Shown: positions 1 to 10,043, counted from the first letter of the stretch. The stretch: DNA of 64,000 bases from an uncultured delta proteobacterium (GCA_963772835.1 CAVYYZ010000005.1:96001-160000); one strand, 5' to 3'. Notes: generated by a model not told the origin, from the sequence alone. A program made the numbers and translations.

Positions 1-786
1 AGGAAAAGCCTGGTTCGTCAGCATGGTATTACAGAGGTCGGAATTAGGAATAATCAGCAGTTGATTATCCAGTGTCCTGATCTTGGTACTCCGCAGACCG
101 ATATCGGCCACATCACCAATCTGGCCACCGATCAGCTGAATACGATCGCCAATCCGGAACGGTCGATCCAGCATGAGGGTAAAACCGGAAATCATGTGAG
201 CCAACGTATCCTTAGCCGCCAGCCCGATTGCAAGCGACCCGATACCGAGGGCGGTAACGATCGAAAAAATGTCGTAATTAAAATGCTTGAGTACAACCAC
301 CAGAGCCGTGCCCATAAGAAAAAGTGATACTATCTTTTCAGCCACCGGCATCATCTGGCGCGACATGACGGCACCGGAAGTCTCTTCCTGACCGGCTGCA
401 TACCATTTCAGCAGCTCGTCAAACACGTGATAGATAAGATTGCATACGATTGCGACGAGGATGATATAAATGGCGCCGGAAACAATCATAATCAGCTTTT
501 CATGCAACGGCAGTGTGCGGATGGCCAGGTACACACCCAGCACCATGAACAGTCGAGACACGTACGGGATCGCCCGCTGCAGGACACGGTCATCAAGATC
601 GGTTGAGGTAAAGCTCGTTAGTCGCCTTCCCCACTTATTCAGGACCATGACGGCCAGATGTGACAGCGCCCAGAACAGGGCCAGTATCAGCAGAGCAACC
701 AGGAGCTCTTTTGCCCAGAAAAGCAGAAAACTATCCCCTTCCTGTGCCTGAAGGACCCCCTGTATGAAGCCAAGTACTCTATTCAC
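1..786 (-). CDS. MscS-family mechanosensitive channel (3' end runs off the window)
   Basis: Not in the ORF track; translated by hand. GTG start overlaps the purB stop (GTGAATAG). Contains ...ALGIGSLAIGLAAKDTLAHMISGFTLMLDRPFRIGDRI...GDVADIGLRSTKIRTLDNQLLIIPNS, the MscS core. Confidence 0.9.
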   Translation of the reverse strand, partial: MNRVLGFIQGVLQAQEGDSFLLFWAKELLVALLILALFWALSHLAVMVLNKWGRRLTSFTSTDLDDRVLQRAIPYVSRLFMVLGVYLAIRTLPLHEKLIMIVSGAIYIILVAIVCNLIYHVFDELLKWYAAGQEETSGAVMSRQMMPVAEKIVSLFLMGTALVVVLKHFNYDIFSIVTALGIGSLAIGLAAKDTLAHMISGFTLMLDRPFRIGDRIQLIGGQIGDVADIGLRSTKIRTLDNQLLIIPNSDLCNTMLTNQAFP

Positions 787-2074
787 CGAACACCCGTTTG
801 AAAATTGTGCCCACATGTTTCAGATGATAGTTCAGGTCAAAAGCTTCGCGGATTCTGGCCTCCCCAAGTGCACCGACCACCTCCTGATCCGCCAGCAGTT
901 CGGTCTGAAAATCCTTCCCCTGTTCCCAGACTTTCATGGCATTTCGCTGAACAAGACGATATGAATCTTCACGAGATACCCCGGCCTGAGTCAGATCGAG
1001 CAGAATCTTCTGGGAAAAGACCAGCCCCTTCATCTGGTTGAGGTTTCTCGACATGTTTTCAGGGTATACCACAAGGTTCTTGATCAGGCCGTTGAGACGC
1101 CGCAGGGAGAAATCCAGCGCGACAGTTGCATCGGGAGCGATATAGCGTTCGACCGAAGAATGGGAAATGTCCCGTTCGTGCCATAATGCCACGTTCTCAA
1201 GTGCGGGAATACAGAGCGCACGGATGTAGCGGGCCTGACCAGTGAGGTTTTCTGACAGGATCGGATTCCGCTTGTGCGGCATGGCCGACGAACCCTTTTG
1301 CCCCTTGCTGAAGAACTCCTCTGCTTCCAGTACTTCGGTGCGCTGCATGTGGCGCACCTCAATGGCAATCCGTTCCATGGACGAGGCGATGATTGACAGG
1401 ACGCAGAAGTACTCGGCATGACGATCACGCGGAATAACCTGGGTAGAGACCGGCTCAGGCATGAGTCCCATTTTCGCGCAGACATATTCTTCAACGTAGG
1501 GGTCAATGTTTGCAAAAGTGCCGACCGCCCCTGATATAGCGCCGGTGGCGATATTCTCACGGGCGGCGGCGAGGCGCACCCGGTTACGCTGCATCTCGGC
1601 ATAAAAAGAGGCAAGTTTGAGTCCGAAAGTCACCGGTTCAGCGTGAATGCCATGAGAACGGCCGATGCAGACAGTCTCCTTGTGCTCGTAAGCGCGTATT
1701 TTTAGAGACTCCAGAAGCATATCCAGATCGGCCAGCAACTCATCTGCAGCCTGAACAAGTTGAACCGACAGACAGGTATCAAGGACATCGGAAGAAGTCA
1801 TGCCCTGATGAATAAAACGGGCTTCCGGGCCGACATGCTCTGCTACTGACGTTAAAAAGGCGATCACATCGTGCTTTACCTCTGCCTCGATGGCGTCTAT
1901 GCGGGCGATATCGAAATCACCTTTAGCGCGAATTACCGGCACGACCTCCTTGGGGATAACTCCCAGTTCAGCCTGCGCTTCGCAGGCCAGAGTCTCAATT
2001 TCGAGCCAGATGCGAAAGCGGTTTTCAGCAGTCCATATATGGGTCATTTCGGGTCGGGAATAGCGTTCAATCAT
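779..2074 (-). CDS. purB: Adenylosuccinate lyase
   Basis: MIERYSRPEM start, TSSDVLDT, GRSHGIHAEP, GSSAMPHKRNP fumarase/aspartase-superfamily signature. Confidence 0.97.
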   Translation of the reverse strand: MIERYSRPEMTHIWTAENRFRIWLEIETLACEAQAELGVIPKEVVPVIRAKGDFDIARIDAIEAEVKHDVIAFLTSVAEHVGPEARFIHQGMTSSDVLDTCLSVQLVQAADELLADLDMLLESLKIRAYEHKETVCIGRSHGIHAEPVTFGLKLASFYAEMQRNRVRLAAARENIATGAISGAVGTFANIDPYVEEYVCAKMGLMPEPVSTQVIPRDRHAEYFCVLSIIASSMERIAIEVRHMQRTEVLEAEEFFSKGQKGSSAMPHKRNPILSENLTGQARYIRALCIPALENVALWHERDISHSSVERYIAPDATVALDFSLRRLNGLIKNLVVYPENMSRNLNQMKGLVFSQKILLDLTQAGVSREDSYRLVQRNAMKVWEQGKDFQTELLADQEVVGALGEARIREAFDLNYHLKHVGTIFKRVFGE

Positions 2075-2107
2075 GTAAAACTCCTCGTTATATTGGTTCG
2101 CGCAGTG

Positions 2108-2881
2108 CTATATTTCCATAACCGCGCTCGCGTGGTATTGGTCGCCGATGACAATGCGCGGGGCACAGATATTCTGATCATTCAAAAAAGCCCGGGTAGT
2201 ACGCAGCACATGATCCGGATGATTGTTCACCTCGGACAGATGTGCCATTATCAGGGCTTCAAGACCTTCATGGGCAAGTTCATGGAGCAGTTCAAGAGAT
2301 TCTTCGTTTGAGATATGACCGTGGCGGGACTTGATGCGCTGCTTCAATTCCCACGGATAGGGGCCGTTCATCAGCATATCAACATCGTGATTAGACTCCA
2401 GATTGAGTACCCGGCACCCACGCAGCTTTTCCGTTACCAGACGTGTGACGATGCCCAGATCGGTAACGGAAGCTGAACGCCCTTCACAGGATTCAATAAC
2501 AAAGCCGACCGGGTCACAGCTGTCATGAGTAATTGGAACAGGATCAATCAGGACATCCCTGAAGGCAAGCACAGAACCTGATTCAAACTCGCATACCCGG
2601 GTCTTCTTGAAATATTTATCGGCCTTGGAGGTGTGAACCAGATGGCTGGCAATAACAGGCACATTGAACTTCCGGGCAAAAGAACCGGCGCTCCGGATAT
2701 GATCGATATGCTCATGCGTAACCAGCACTGCATGAATGCCTGAAGCTTCAACGCCGACCTCTTCCATACGCAGCAGCGTCTCGCGCAGAGACAGGCCGGC
2801 GTCTATCAGAACACGGGTATCCCCGGTTTCAAGATAGAGACAGTTACCTTTGCTGCCGCTCGCCAGCGAACAGATTTTCAC
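2108..2881 (-). CDS. MBL-fold metallo-hydrolase (YycJ/WalJ-like)
   Basis: LASGSKGN, THEHIDH, LESNHD, GHISN, HLSEVNN motifs. Confidence 0.9.
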   Translation of the reverse strand: MKICSLASGSKGNCLYLETGDTRVLIDAGLSLRETLLRMEEVGVEASGIHAVLVTHEHIDHIRSAGSFARKFNVPVIASHLVHTSKADKYFKKTRVCEFESGSVLAFRDVLIDPVPITHDSCDPVGFVIESCEGRSASVTDLGIVTRLVTEKLRGCRVLNLESNHDVDMLMNGPYPWELKQRIKSRHGHISNEESLELLHELAHEGLEALIMAHLSEVNNHPDHVLRTTRAFLNDQNICAPRIVIGDQYHASAVMEI

Positions 2882-3063
2882 ACAGACTCCAGGATTTTCA
2901 GGATAATGATGTGCCGACAGAGAATGCCGACAAAAGCAGAGGAATTACATCGGATTATATCCAACCACCCGGATGCCGAAGATGTTACTTTGACAAGCAG
3001 TAAATATACACTGAAGACGGCAGTAGTTTCAAGGTTTATCATAGTAATGCAGTGAACATATCT

Positions 3064-3345
3064 TCAGATTTCAGAGATCTCCGAGGCCGTTATCTCAACA
3101 TCCGGCCACCCCTCGTAAATCCACTCCTCCAGCCGTTCAAGTGCCTGCCGCGGGATGCATTTATCCGGGCTGACAGTAACAAATGCGAGCACACCACACG
3201 CAGGGTTATCCTGTCTATCAACCTCCGCACATGCCACGTTGAAGCGGTTCTTCGCCCGACTAAGAATACTCTTGACGATGCCTCGCTTCTCTTTAAGTGA
3301 ATGCGACAACAGGGAAAGGTGGATTTCGAGACAGAACACAAACAT
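3064..3345 (-). CDS. DUF503 / YlxP-like protein
   Basis: SLKEKRGIVKSILSRAKNRFNVACAEVD motif. Confidence 0.88.
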   Translation of the reverse strand: MFVFCLEIHLSLLSHSLKEKRGIVKSILSRAKNRFNVACAEVDRQDNPACGVLAFVTVSPDKCIPRQALERLEEWIYEGWPDVEITASEISEI

Positions 3346-3348
3346 GGG

Positions 3349-4728
3349 TCAGAACTCACAGTGGCGGGGCGTGCGGGGAAACGGAATCACGTCGCGGATA
3401 TTCTCCATCCCCGACAGATACATGACCAATCTCTCAAAACCGAGGCCAAACCCCGCATGCGGGCAACTCCCCCAGCGACGACTGTCCAGGTACCACCAGA
3501 GAGACTCGCGGGCTATTCCCATCTCCGCCATCCGCATCTCCAGCCGGTCTAATCGCTCTTCTCTCTGGCTGCCCCCGATAATCTCACCGATTTTCGGCAC
3601 CATCAGATCCATTGCCGCCACAGTACGACCATCATCGTTCTGCCTCATGTAAAAGGCTTTTATGCACTTCGGGTAATTGAAGATAAAGGCCGGGCCGCCG
3701 ACTATCTGCTCGGTTATGTAGCGTTCGTGTTCGGTCTGCAGATCGAGCCCCCACTCCACCGGATACGTAAATGTGGCTCCCGATTTCTGCAAACGTTCAA
3801 CTGCTTCACCATATTCCATCCTGATGAAATCTGCATCAGCTACCCCGCTGATTCGCTTAATCAGGCCTTTTTCAATGTGGTTGTCAAAAAAAGCCATATC
3901 ATCGGCACACTCTTCGAGAGCAAAGCGGCAGAGATATTTAACAAATTTTTCCGCCAGGTCGGCATCATCGGCCAGCGTGGCAAACGCCATCTCCGGTTCA
4001 ATCATCCAGAACTCTGATGCGTGACGCGCGGTATTGGAATTCTCTGCCCGAAACGTCGGGCCAAACGTATAGATATCCCCAAAGGCCAGCGCAAACAACT
4101 CCCCTTCAAGCTGACCGCTCACGGTCAGGCCGGTTTTCTGACCGAAAAAATCCTGCCCGAAATCCGGCTGCCCGTCCAGAATGGGGGGTTCTGCTGCGTC
4201 AAGCGTACTGACGCGAAACAGTTCGCCGGCGCCTTCACAGTCGCTGGAGGTAATGATCGGGGTATGGACATACAGGAAGTTCTGTTCGGAGAAAAACCGG
4301 TGAACGGCCTGGGCAAGTCGTGACCGCAAGCGGAATACCGCTCCGAACGTGTTCGTGCGTGGCCGGAGGTGAGAGATGGTACGCAGATATTCGAATGAAT
4401 GCCGTTTTTTCTGGAGAGGGTAAGACGGGTCGGCAGCACCGATTAATTCGATTGATCGGGCTGCGAGTTCCCATTTCTGGCCGGAAGCCGGCGATTCAAC
4501 CAGAGTGCCCTCAACTGTGACGGCCGACCCGGTTCCGATCCGGCAGATATCGCTGAAATTTGAAAGAGCAGACTCGGCCACTATCTGGATTCCAGCGGCG
4601 GTCGACCCGTCATTAAGCACAATAAAACAGATCTCTTTAGAAGACCTGACGGAGCGCACCCATCCTGAAAAAGAGCATCCCGGCGCCGCTGTTTCCATTT
4701 CAAGAATATCTTTTATTCGTATCCTCAT
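3349..4728 (-). CDS. asnS: Asparagine--tRNA ligase
   Basis: OB-fold N-terminus, LTVSGQLEGE, FGPTFRAENSNTARH, GFGLGFERL, FPRTP. Confidence 0.96.
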   Translation of the reverse strand: MRIRIKDILEMETAAPGCSFSGWVRSVRSSKEICFIVLNDGSTAAGIQIVAESALSNFSDICRIGTGSAVTVEGTLVESPASGQKWELAARSIELIGAADPSYPLQKKRHSFEYLRTISHLRPRTNTFGAVFRLRSRLAQAVHRFFSEQNFLYVHTPIITSSDCEGAGELFRVSTLDAAEPPILDGQPDFGQDFFGQKTGLTVSGQLEGELFALAFGDIYTFGPTFRAENSNTARHASEFWMIEPEMAFATLADDADLAEKFVKYLCRFALEECADDMAFFDNHIEKGLIKRISGVADADFIRMEYGEAVERLQKSGATFTYPVEWGLDLQTEHERYITEQIVGGPAFIFNYPKCIKAFYMRQNDDGRTVAAMDLMVPKIGEIIGGSQREERLDRLEMRMAEMGIARESLWWYLDSRRWGSCPHAGFGLGFERLVMYLSGMENIRDVIPFPRTPRHCEF

Positions 4729-4854
4729 TATCGAGCTCCAAAGCAGCCTGCTTGTTTGACCTTACGGACAGTGATATGGTAGGCTTGTATAGCATTCAGC
4801 GTGACATACTGATCGGCATCCGATTCCACCCGACCGCTACAAGGAGATTCTATC

Positions 4855-5229
4855 ATGAAACTAACTGTATGTGCAGTTCTCGCCTTAACCCTGATTACAA
4901 GCTTTTCCGCAGGAGCGGCAGAATCGCATCAAAGCGTTCTGAACCCTGCCAAAGCCGCCGAGGCAAAAAAATATCCTCAGATAGTTCTTTACTCCGTGGC
5001 CTGGTGTCCCCACTGCCGTGACGCCAAGGAATACCTTACAACAAACAACATCCCATTTATTAATCGTGATGTCGAGGTTGATGCCACGGCGATGGAAGAG
5101 TTGACAGTCAAATACAACAGCACCGGAGTGCCGGTGATTATTTTCGGAAAAGGCAATAAGGAGGTTAAAATGAAAGGGTTCACTCCAGAGCTGTTTCAGG
5201 AAATGTTACAAAAAGCGCGCTTGAAGTAG
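4855..5229 (+). CDS. Glutaredoxin/NrdH-like redoxin with N-terminal signal peptide
   Basis: AAGGAG RBS; hydrophobic leader ending AGA-AES; WCPHC active site; GVP cis-Pro motif. Confidence 0.85.
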   Translation: MKLTVCAVLALTLITSFSAGAAESHQSVLNPAKAAEAKKYPQIVLYSVAWCPHCRDAKEYLTTNNIPFINRDVEVDATAMEELTVKYNSTGVPVIIFGKGNKEVKMKGFTPELFQEMLQKARLK

Positions 5230-5258
5230 ACCGGGGAAACCCGCCCACCAGAGACAGG

Positions 5259-5999
5259 TCATGCAAGCATCTTGAATAGCTTCAGAACAAGCAGCGTTAT
5301 GGCAGTACCGATACATGCGCCGATGATTGTTTCGCGCATTGAATGAATTTTCATCAGCAGCCGGGAGTGACTTACCATAGCAGCCAACGAGAGTGAAAGA
5401 AGAGAGATAAGCGGATCACGGGTATTAAGCGAGACCGCTGTCGCAATTGAGAACGCGACGGCAGCGTGTCCGCTCGGTATTCCGCCTTTAAGAGGGGTGC
5501 CGGTACCGGTTGCGCTCTTTACGATAACAACAACGATCACGACGATCAGTATCGAAACGACCGTCCCCATATCAGACGCAGTGCCAAACATAGCGAGGAC
5601 CTCCCCGTAGCGCGGCATAACATATTTGGCCAGTATCAGGTATCCCATGATGGCAGCACCACAGGCGGTGATCAGTACGGCACCCGCTGCCGTGTCTTTT
5701 GCAATTTTGGCCAATGGATGATATCCGGGAGAAGCGAGATCGACAACCGCTTCAATTGATGTGTTAAACATCTCGGCGCAGAGCACTGACAAAATTGAAA
5801 GTGCAAGCAGCGCAAATTCCACCGGACTGACTTTGAGAAACAATGCGGCAAGCAGTACGCCAATAGCCGCGATAAAATGAATCCGCATGTGCTTTTCAGC
5901 GCGGGCGGCGTGAAGGATTCCTTCAACGGCGCAGTTTGCCGAATCTATAAACCGGTCGGGCTTATCAACCCTTCCTTTTTCAGGATTCTGAATAGCCAC
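5259..5999 (-). CDS. dgkA: Diacylglycerol/undecaprenol kinase (DgkA) fused to a PAP2-like phosphatase domain
   Basis: EMFNTSIEAVVD, AKDTAAGAV; C-terminal PSGH and SRLLMKIH; start uncertain. Confidence 0.88.
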   Translation of the reverse strand: MAIQNPEKGRVDKPDRFIDSANCAVEGILHAARAEKHMRIHFIAAIGVLLAALFLKVSPVEFALLALSILSVLCAEMFNTSIEAVVDLASPGYHPLAKIAKDTAAGAVLITACGAAIMGYLILAKYVMPRYGEVLAMFGTASDMGTVVSILIVVIVVVIVKSATGTGTPLKGGIPSGHAAVAFSIATAVSLNTRDPLISLLSLSLAAMVSHSRLLMKIHSMRETIIGACIGTAITLLVLKLFKMLA

Positions 6000-6415
6000 T
6001 GCTCCTTCCGCATCATTTTTTGTGCCTCTGCCTCACCGCTCCGTTCATGATCATAACCACACAGATGTAAAATGCCATGCAGCAGCAGAAACGAAAGCCG
6101 CTCGAAAAACTCCACCCCCCCCATTTCCGCCTCTCTGGCCGCAGTATCTGCGGAAATTATTACATCGCCCAAAGCGTGCGGGTTTATTCCACCGCAGTCA
6201 CCTTCCTGCAACGAGAACGATATCACGTTGGTCGGACGGTCTTTATCAAGATACTCCCGATTAATGATTCTGATAGAGCGGTCACCCACAATTGAAACGG
6301 AGAGTTCTGTTTCATCAGGACATCCCAAGGCGTTTAAGATTCTCACCGCCACCTTTTTGAGCTGCCGGTTTTTGCAGAGATGACGTCTCTGGCGATTGTT
6401 CAATAATATCAACAT
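5945..6415 (-). CDS. ybeY: rRNA maturation endoribonuclease YbeY
   Basis: NREYLDKDRPTNVISF, HGILHLCGYDH. Confidence 0.95.
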   Translation of the reverse strand: MLILLNNRQRRHLCKNRQLKKVAVRILNALGCPDETELSVSIVGDRSIRIINREYLDKDRPTNVISFSLQEGDCGGINPHALGDVIISADTAAREAEMGGVEFFERLSFLLLHGILHLCGYDHERSGEAEAQKMMRKEQWLFRILKKEGLISPTGL

Positions 6416-8792
6416 GCGTCTCTACCTCATGTCCAATTTTGGAATATTCCCGGGGTCCCGCCTTTTTTGAACGGTTCCCGACTTTGTAGGCAGGTTCAGG
6501 ATAATCGATCCGGTGATGAAAAATACCGTTAAGGATCCCGGTAAAACTTTTAGCTATTTCGTGCAGATTTTTAAGAGTGAGTTCACATTCATCCAGCTGA
6601 CCGTCGATAAATACATTATTAATCAGTTTCTGGACTAACCCCTGAATTCGGTCAGAGGTAGGATTAACAAGGGTACGTGAGGCCGCTTCTACACAATCCG
6701 CCAGCATGACAATGCCGGCCTCGCGGGTTTGCGGCTTTGGACCGGGATATCGGAATTCGTTTTCTTCAACAGTTTGTCCGGTAACAGTAGCCTGACTCTT
6801 GGCGCGCTCGTAAAAAAACTTGATCAATGCAGTACCGTGGTGCTGGCGGATGATATCGATTATAGGCTGCCCCAGCCTGTTTTCACGGGCCAGTTCATCA
6901 CCATCCTTTATATGCGAAATCAGGATCAGCGCACTCATGCTCGGTGTAAGCTTATCGTGGCGGTTCTCTTCTCCAGCCTGATTTTCGATGAAATAGAGTG
7001 GCTTTGAAATCTTGCCGATATCGTGATAATAGGCCGATACCCGTGCCAAAAGCGGATTTGCACCGATGGATTCAGCGGCAGCCTCTACCAGGTTTCCGAC
7101 GACAATGCTGTGATGGTAGGTACCGGGAGCCTTGACCATCAGCTCCCGAAGCACCGGAGAATTGAGATTTGCGAGCTCCAGGAGCTTGATATCGGTCGTA
7201 TACTGAAAGAGCGTTTCAACAAGCGGAATGAAGCTTGAAACGAAACCGGCGCTGATGAATCCGCTTAACAGCGCAAAAAAGGCTATGTACAACGTTTGTG
7301 TCGTGAAAATGGCACTATTGAAAGTCTGGAACGACAGCGCCAATGCGAGGTTGACAACTGAAACCTTCATACCGGCGGTGTAGATCGTGCTGCGGCTGGT
7401 GCAGTGGCGAACACCGTGTGCGCCGATGATCCCCCCCAGCAGCGAATAGATAACAACCTGCATGTTGTTCTCAAACATGATACCAAGCAGCGGAGCCAGA
7501 ATAGCGCAATACACAAGCGCGACTTCGGAGTTGATAAATATCCTGACGATCATCGCTCCGGCGGCAAACGGAAAAAGATAAAAGTAACTGGAGGCATCGA
7601 TAGAGGGGAAGACCGGCCCTATATTGTGGGTGATCAGCAGAGCTGTCTTGAAGCATATGAAACTGATAGTGATCAGTAGAGAAATGATAAGGACATCTTT
7701 ATTCGTCGGATTGAATTTTCTGATATTTTTGCAGGCAAACCGGTACGGGAAATAAAACAGCACGAGAATCAGCGAAAAGGTTCCGACCCCCCTGAATATT
7801 CTGCTGCCGCTCCGATTTGGGCCAAAAATCGCCTCCAGTTTATGAGCTTGTTCAGGAGTAACCCGCTCACCGACCCGTACGACCATCTCCCCCTTCTGCA
7901 GCTTAAAGAGAACCGGACGCACTGTCTCCATAGCACTGCGGGAGCGAACCTCTGATGCCTCGCGGTTATAAAACAGGTTGGGCAGGAGGATTCTGGCAAT
8001 TATAGCCGCTATGCGGGCATTATCAGAAGCAGTCCCCACACCCTTGAAATTCCAACGATTGACTATCTGGCGGGCCTCATCAATTTCAATGATGCCGGTG
8101 GTAAAATCACCCCCACCGATGGGGCGACCATTGTTGTCGGTTATTTCAAGCCCACGGCGGGTGTTTGTCTGAAAAACTTTTCTATCCAGAACGATTTCCC
8201 GTTGATACAGTTCATTCAGCAATTCTGACGCGCTCGCAAGAAAGTGTGTGTCAGACTTGATCCGGAACAGTGCCAGAATTTCAGATTCGCTCAGATCTGT
8301 ATCCAGCAACGGAGTCAATTGAGTGCGCCACTGGGAAATAGTTTTCTCAGGCTTTTCATCACGATGAGAACGAACTATCGCAAGGGTCTGCCGGAGCTTG
8401 TCATTAAGAGCACCTGAAACCTGATCGTTAAGGTTATAGACAACCGGAGCGTTGTTGGCGACATCTTTGCGCCGCTGTTCCGTAAGGGCCCTGTCTTCTA
8501 CAAGCAGGTCCTGAGACACACGGATGTCCGATGATGCGATTTCACCGACTTTATAGGAAAGTGTAGAGGTGTGCTGGCTGGGGAGTATGGTCAACGTCAG
8601 CAGCAAAGCGGTAGATGCGAGAAGGATAAACCGGTTGCGCTTGGCTGTTTCGGGATTGGAAAACTTCTTGATCAGAGAATCAAGCAGATTCGATCCGAAC
8701 TGACTCAAATATTTCAGAGAATGCTGTTCCTGCTTGCTGCCTGGTTGTTCAGCCATAAATGTACGCGCCACTGAGTGGTTGGATTTCAGCAT
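6315..8792 (-). CDS. 7TM-HD family phosphohydrolase (PgpH-like, putative cyclic-dinucleotide phosphodiesterase)
   Basis: Extracellular domain, 7TM region, APGTYHHS, YYHDIGK, QHHGT, FRYPGPKP, MLADCVEAA; start may be 8756. Confidence 0.9.
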   Translation of the reverse strand: MLKSNHSVARTFMAEQPGSKQEQHSLKYLSQFGSNLLDSLIKKFSNPETAKRNRFILLASTALLLTLTILPSQHTSTLSYKVGEIASSDIRVSQDLLVEDRALTEQRRKDVANNAPVVYNLNDQVSGALNDKLRQTLAIVRSHRDEKPEKTISQWRTQLTPLLDTDLSESEILALFRIKSDTHFLASASELLNELYQREIVLDRKVFQTNTRRGLEITDNNGRPIGGGDFTTGIIEIDEARQIVNRWNFKGVGTASDNARIAAIIARILLPNLFYNREASEVRSRSAMETVRPVLFKLQKGEMVVRVGERVTPEQAHKLEAIFGPNRSGSRIFRGVGTFSLILVLFYFPYRFACKNIRKFNPTNKDVLIISLLITISFICFKTALLITHNIGPVFPSIDASSYFYLFPFAAGAMIVRIFINSEVALVYCAILAPLLGIMFENNMQVVIYSLLGGIIGAHGVRHCTSRSTIYTAGMKVSVVNLALALSFQTFNSAIFTTQTLYIAFFALLSGFISAGFVSSFIPLVETLFQYTTDIKLLELANLNSPVLRELMVKAPGTYHHSIVVGNLVEAAAESIGANPLLARVSAYYHDIGKISKPLYFIENQAGEENRHDKLTPSMSALILISHIKDGDELARENRLGQPIIDIIRQHHGTALIKFFYERAKSQATVTGQTVEENEFRYPGPKPQTREAGIVMLADCVEAASRTLVNPTSDRIQGLVQKLINNVFIDGQLDECELTLKNLHEIAKSFTGILNGIFHHRIDYPEPAYKVGNRSKKAGPREYSKIGHEVETHVDIIEQSPETSSLQKPAAQKGGGENLKRLGMS

Positions 8793-8884
8793 CTAAAACA
8801 GGATCGGGATAGTAATCTGATTACGCAAACGTGTCAATAAAACTGCACAAAGAGATTGTAACAGTGAACAACGTGTAAATCAAT

Positions 8885-9772
8885 TCATCCCCGCGGATGG
8901 ATCTGTTGATGCAGCCGCTTCAATCTCTCCCTGGTTACATGGGTATATATCTGGGTGCTGGCAAGATCGGCGTGTCCCAGCATGATCTGCACACTGCGCA
9001 GATCCGCGCCGTTTTCCAGCAGGTGGGTGGCAAAGGAGTGCCGCAGGGTGTGAGGTGAAATGTTTTTCCGGATGACCGCCATCTGCGCCCTCTTCTTGAT
9101 AATATTCCAGAATGCCTGACGGCTCATTGCCGTCCCAAGTCGGGAAAGAAAAAAGTACGGATTCTGCCGCTGCGGATCCTGTTTACTCCGGACTGCATCG
9201 AGATACTCTGCCGTCCGAACACGGGCCGACTCTCCGATCGGCACCAGGCGTTCCTTGTTACCCTTCCCCACCGTCATCAGATAACCGGAGTCGAGATTGA
9301 CTTCACGTAACGTGAGATGCACCAGCTCAGACACCCGCAGACCGGTGGCATACAGCAATTCCAGCATGGCAAAATCGCGCAGATCCTCGCCCCGCTCCCC
9401 CCTGCAGGAAGCAAACAGCGCATCGACTTCGCGGCCGTCAAGAAACTGCGGCAATTTATGCAGTGTACGCGGCGCTTCGATTATTGTGGCCGGATTGCTG
9501 TCGGTGTAGCTCTCAATCATCAGAAATTTGTGGAACATCCGGATGGCCGACAGGCAACGGCCACGGCTGCGCGCGCCGATGGCCAGTTTCTGGAGGGCTG
9601 ACAAAAAAGAGGCAATATCTGTCGGGCCGACATCGGACAGCTTCCGGCGCCCGGCTTTTTCAAGAAAATCCAGATAACGGGCAAGATCACGGCTGTAGGC
9701 ACTCCGGGTGTTGGCCGAGAGCCCTTTTTCAACAACAAGGTAGGATATGAAGAGGTCAAGGTAGTCGTTCAA
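8885..9772 (-). CDS. xerD: Site-specific tyrosine recombinase XerD
   Basis: LYATGLRVSEL, GKGNKER, HTLRHSFATH, LGHADLASTQIY, HPRG end; TTG start at 9772 has a GGAG RBS. Confidence 0.93.
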   Translation of the reverse strand: MNDYLDLFISYLVVEKGLSANTRSAYSRDLARYLDFLEKAGRRKLSDVGPTDIASFLSALQKLAIGARSRGRCLSAIRMFHKFLMIESYTDSNPATIIEAPRTLHKLPQFLDGREVDALFASCRGERGEDLRDFAMLELLYATGLRVSELVHLTLREVNLDSGYLMTVGKGNKERLVPIGESARVRTAEYLDAVRSKQDPQRQNPYFFLSRLGTAMSRQAFWNIIKKRAQMAVIRKNISPHTLRHSFATHLLENGADLRSVQIMLGHADLASTQIYTHVTRERLKRLHQQIHPRG

Positions 9773-9878
9773 GCTATTTCTCCGTTTATCTTTGACTTGA
9801 CCTGCATCAAGGGAATCGGGGAGATTGTGTGTCAGAATGGACACCTACTACATTCTGTTTTAATCAGGAGTTACGGAC

Positions 9879-10007
9879 ATGATAACCACCAGTGAAATTG
9901 CAGTCACCATCACCATCTGGGTTTTAACAGCCGCAGGAATCTTCTTTGGTGGTCGTGCCGCCCTGCGGCGCAGAAGACATAAGCGGGAAGTTCTGAGGAA
10001 CCGTTGA
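9879..10007 (+). CDS. Small single-pass membrane protein, 42 aa (not in ORF track)
   Basis: AGGAG RBS 8 nt before ATG; MITTSEIAVTITIWVLTAAGIFFGGRAALRRRRHKREVLRNR*. Confidence 0.65.
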   Translation: MITTSEIAVTITIWVLTAAGIFFGGRAALRRRRHKREVLRNR

Positions 10008-10043
10008 CGTTTGGTGGATGGCCATTCAACACTCGGTTCCACT

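Noticed and set aside
2882..3035. Long leader of the MBL-purB unit with TGCCGA repeats; considered as a purine or ZTP riboswitch, or a 49-aa ORF
   Set aside because: No match to riboswitch consensus that I can recognise; the ORF has no motif
8885..9772. Tyrosine recombinase as a phage or island integrase
   Set aside because: Length, HPRG terminus and position near glnD fit housekeeping XerD
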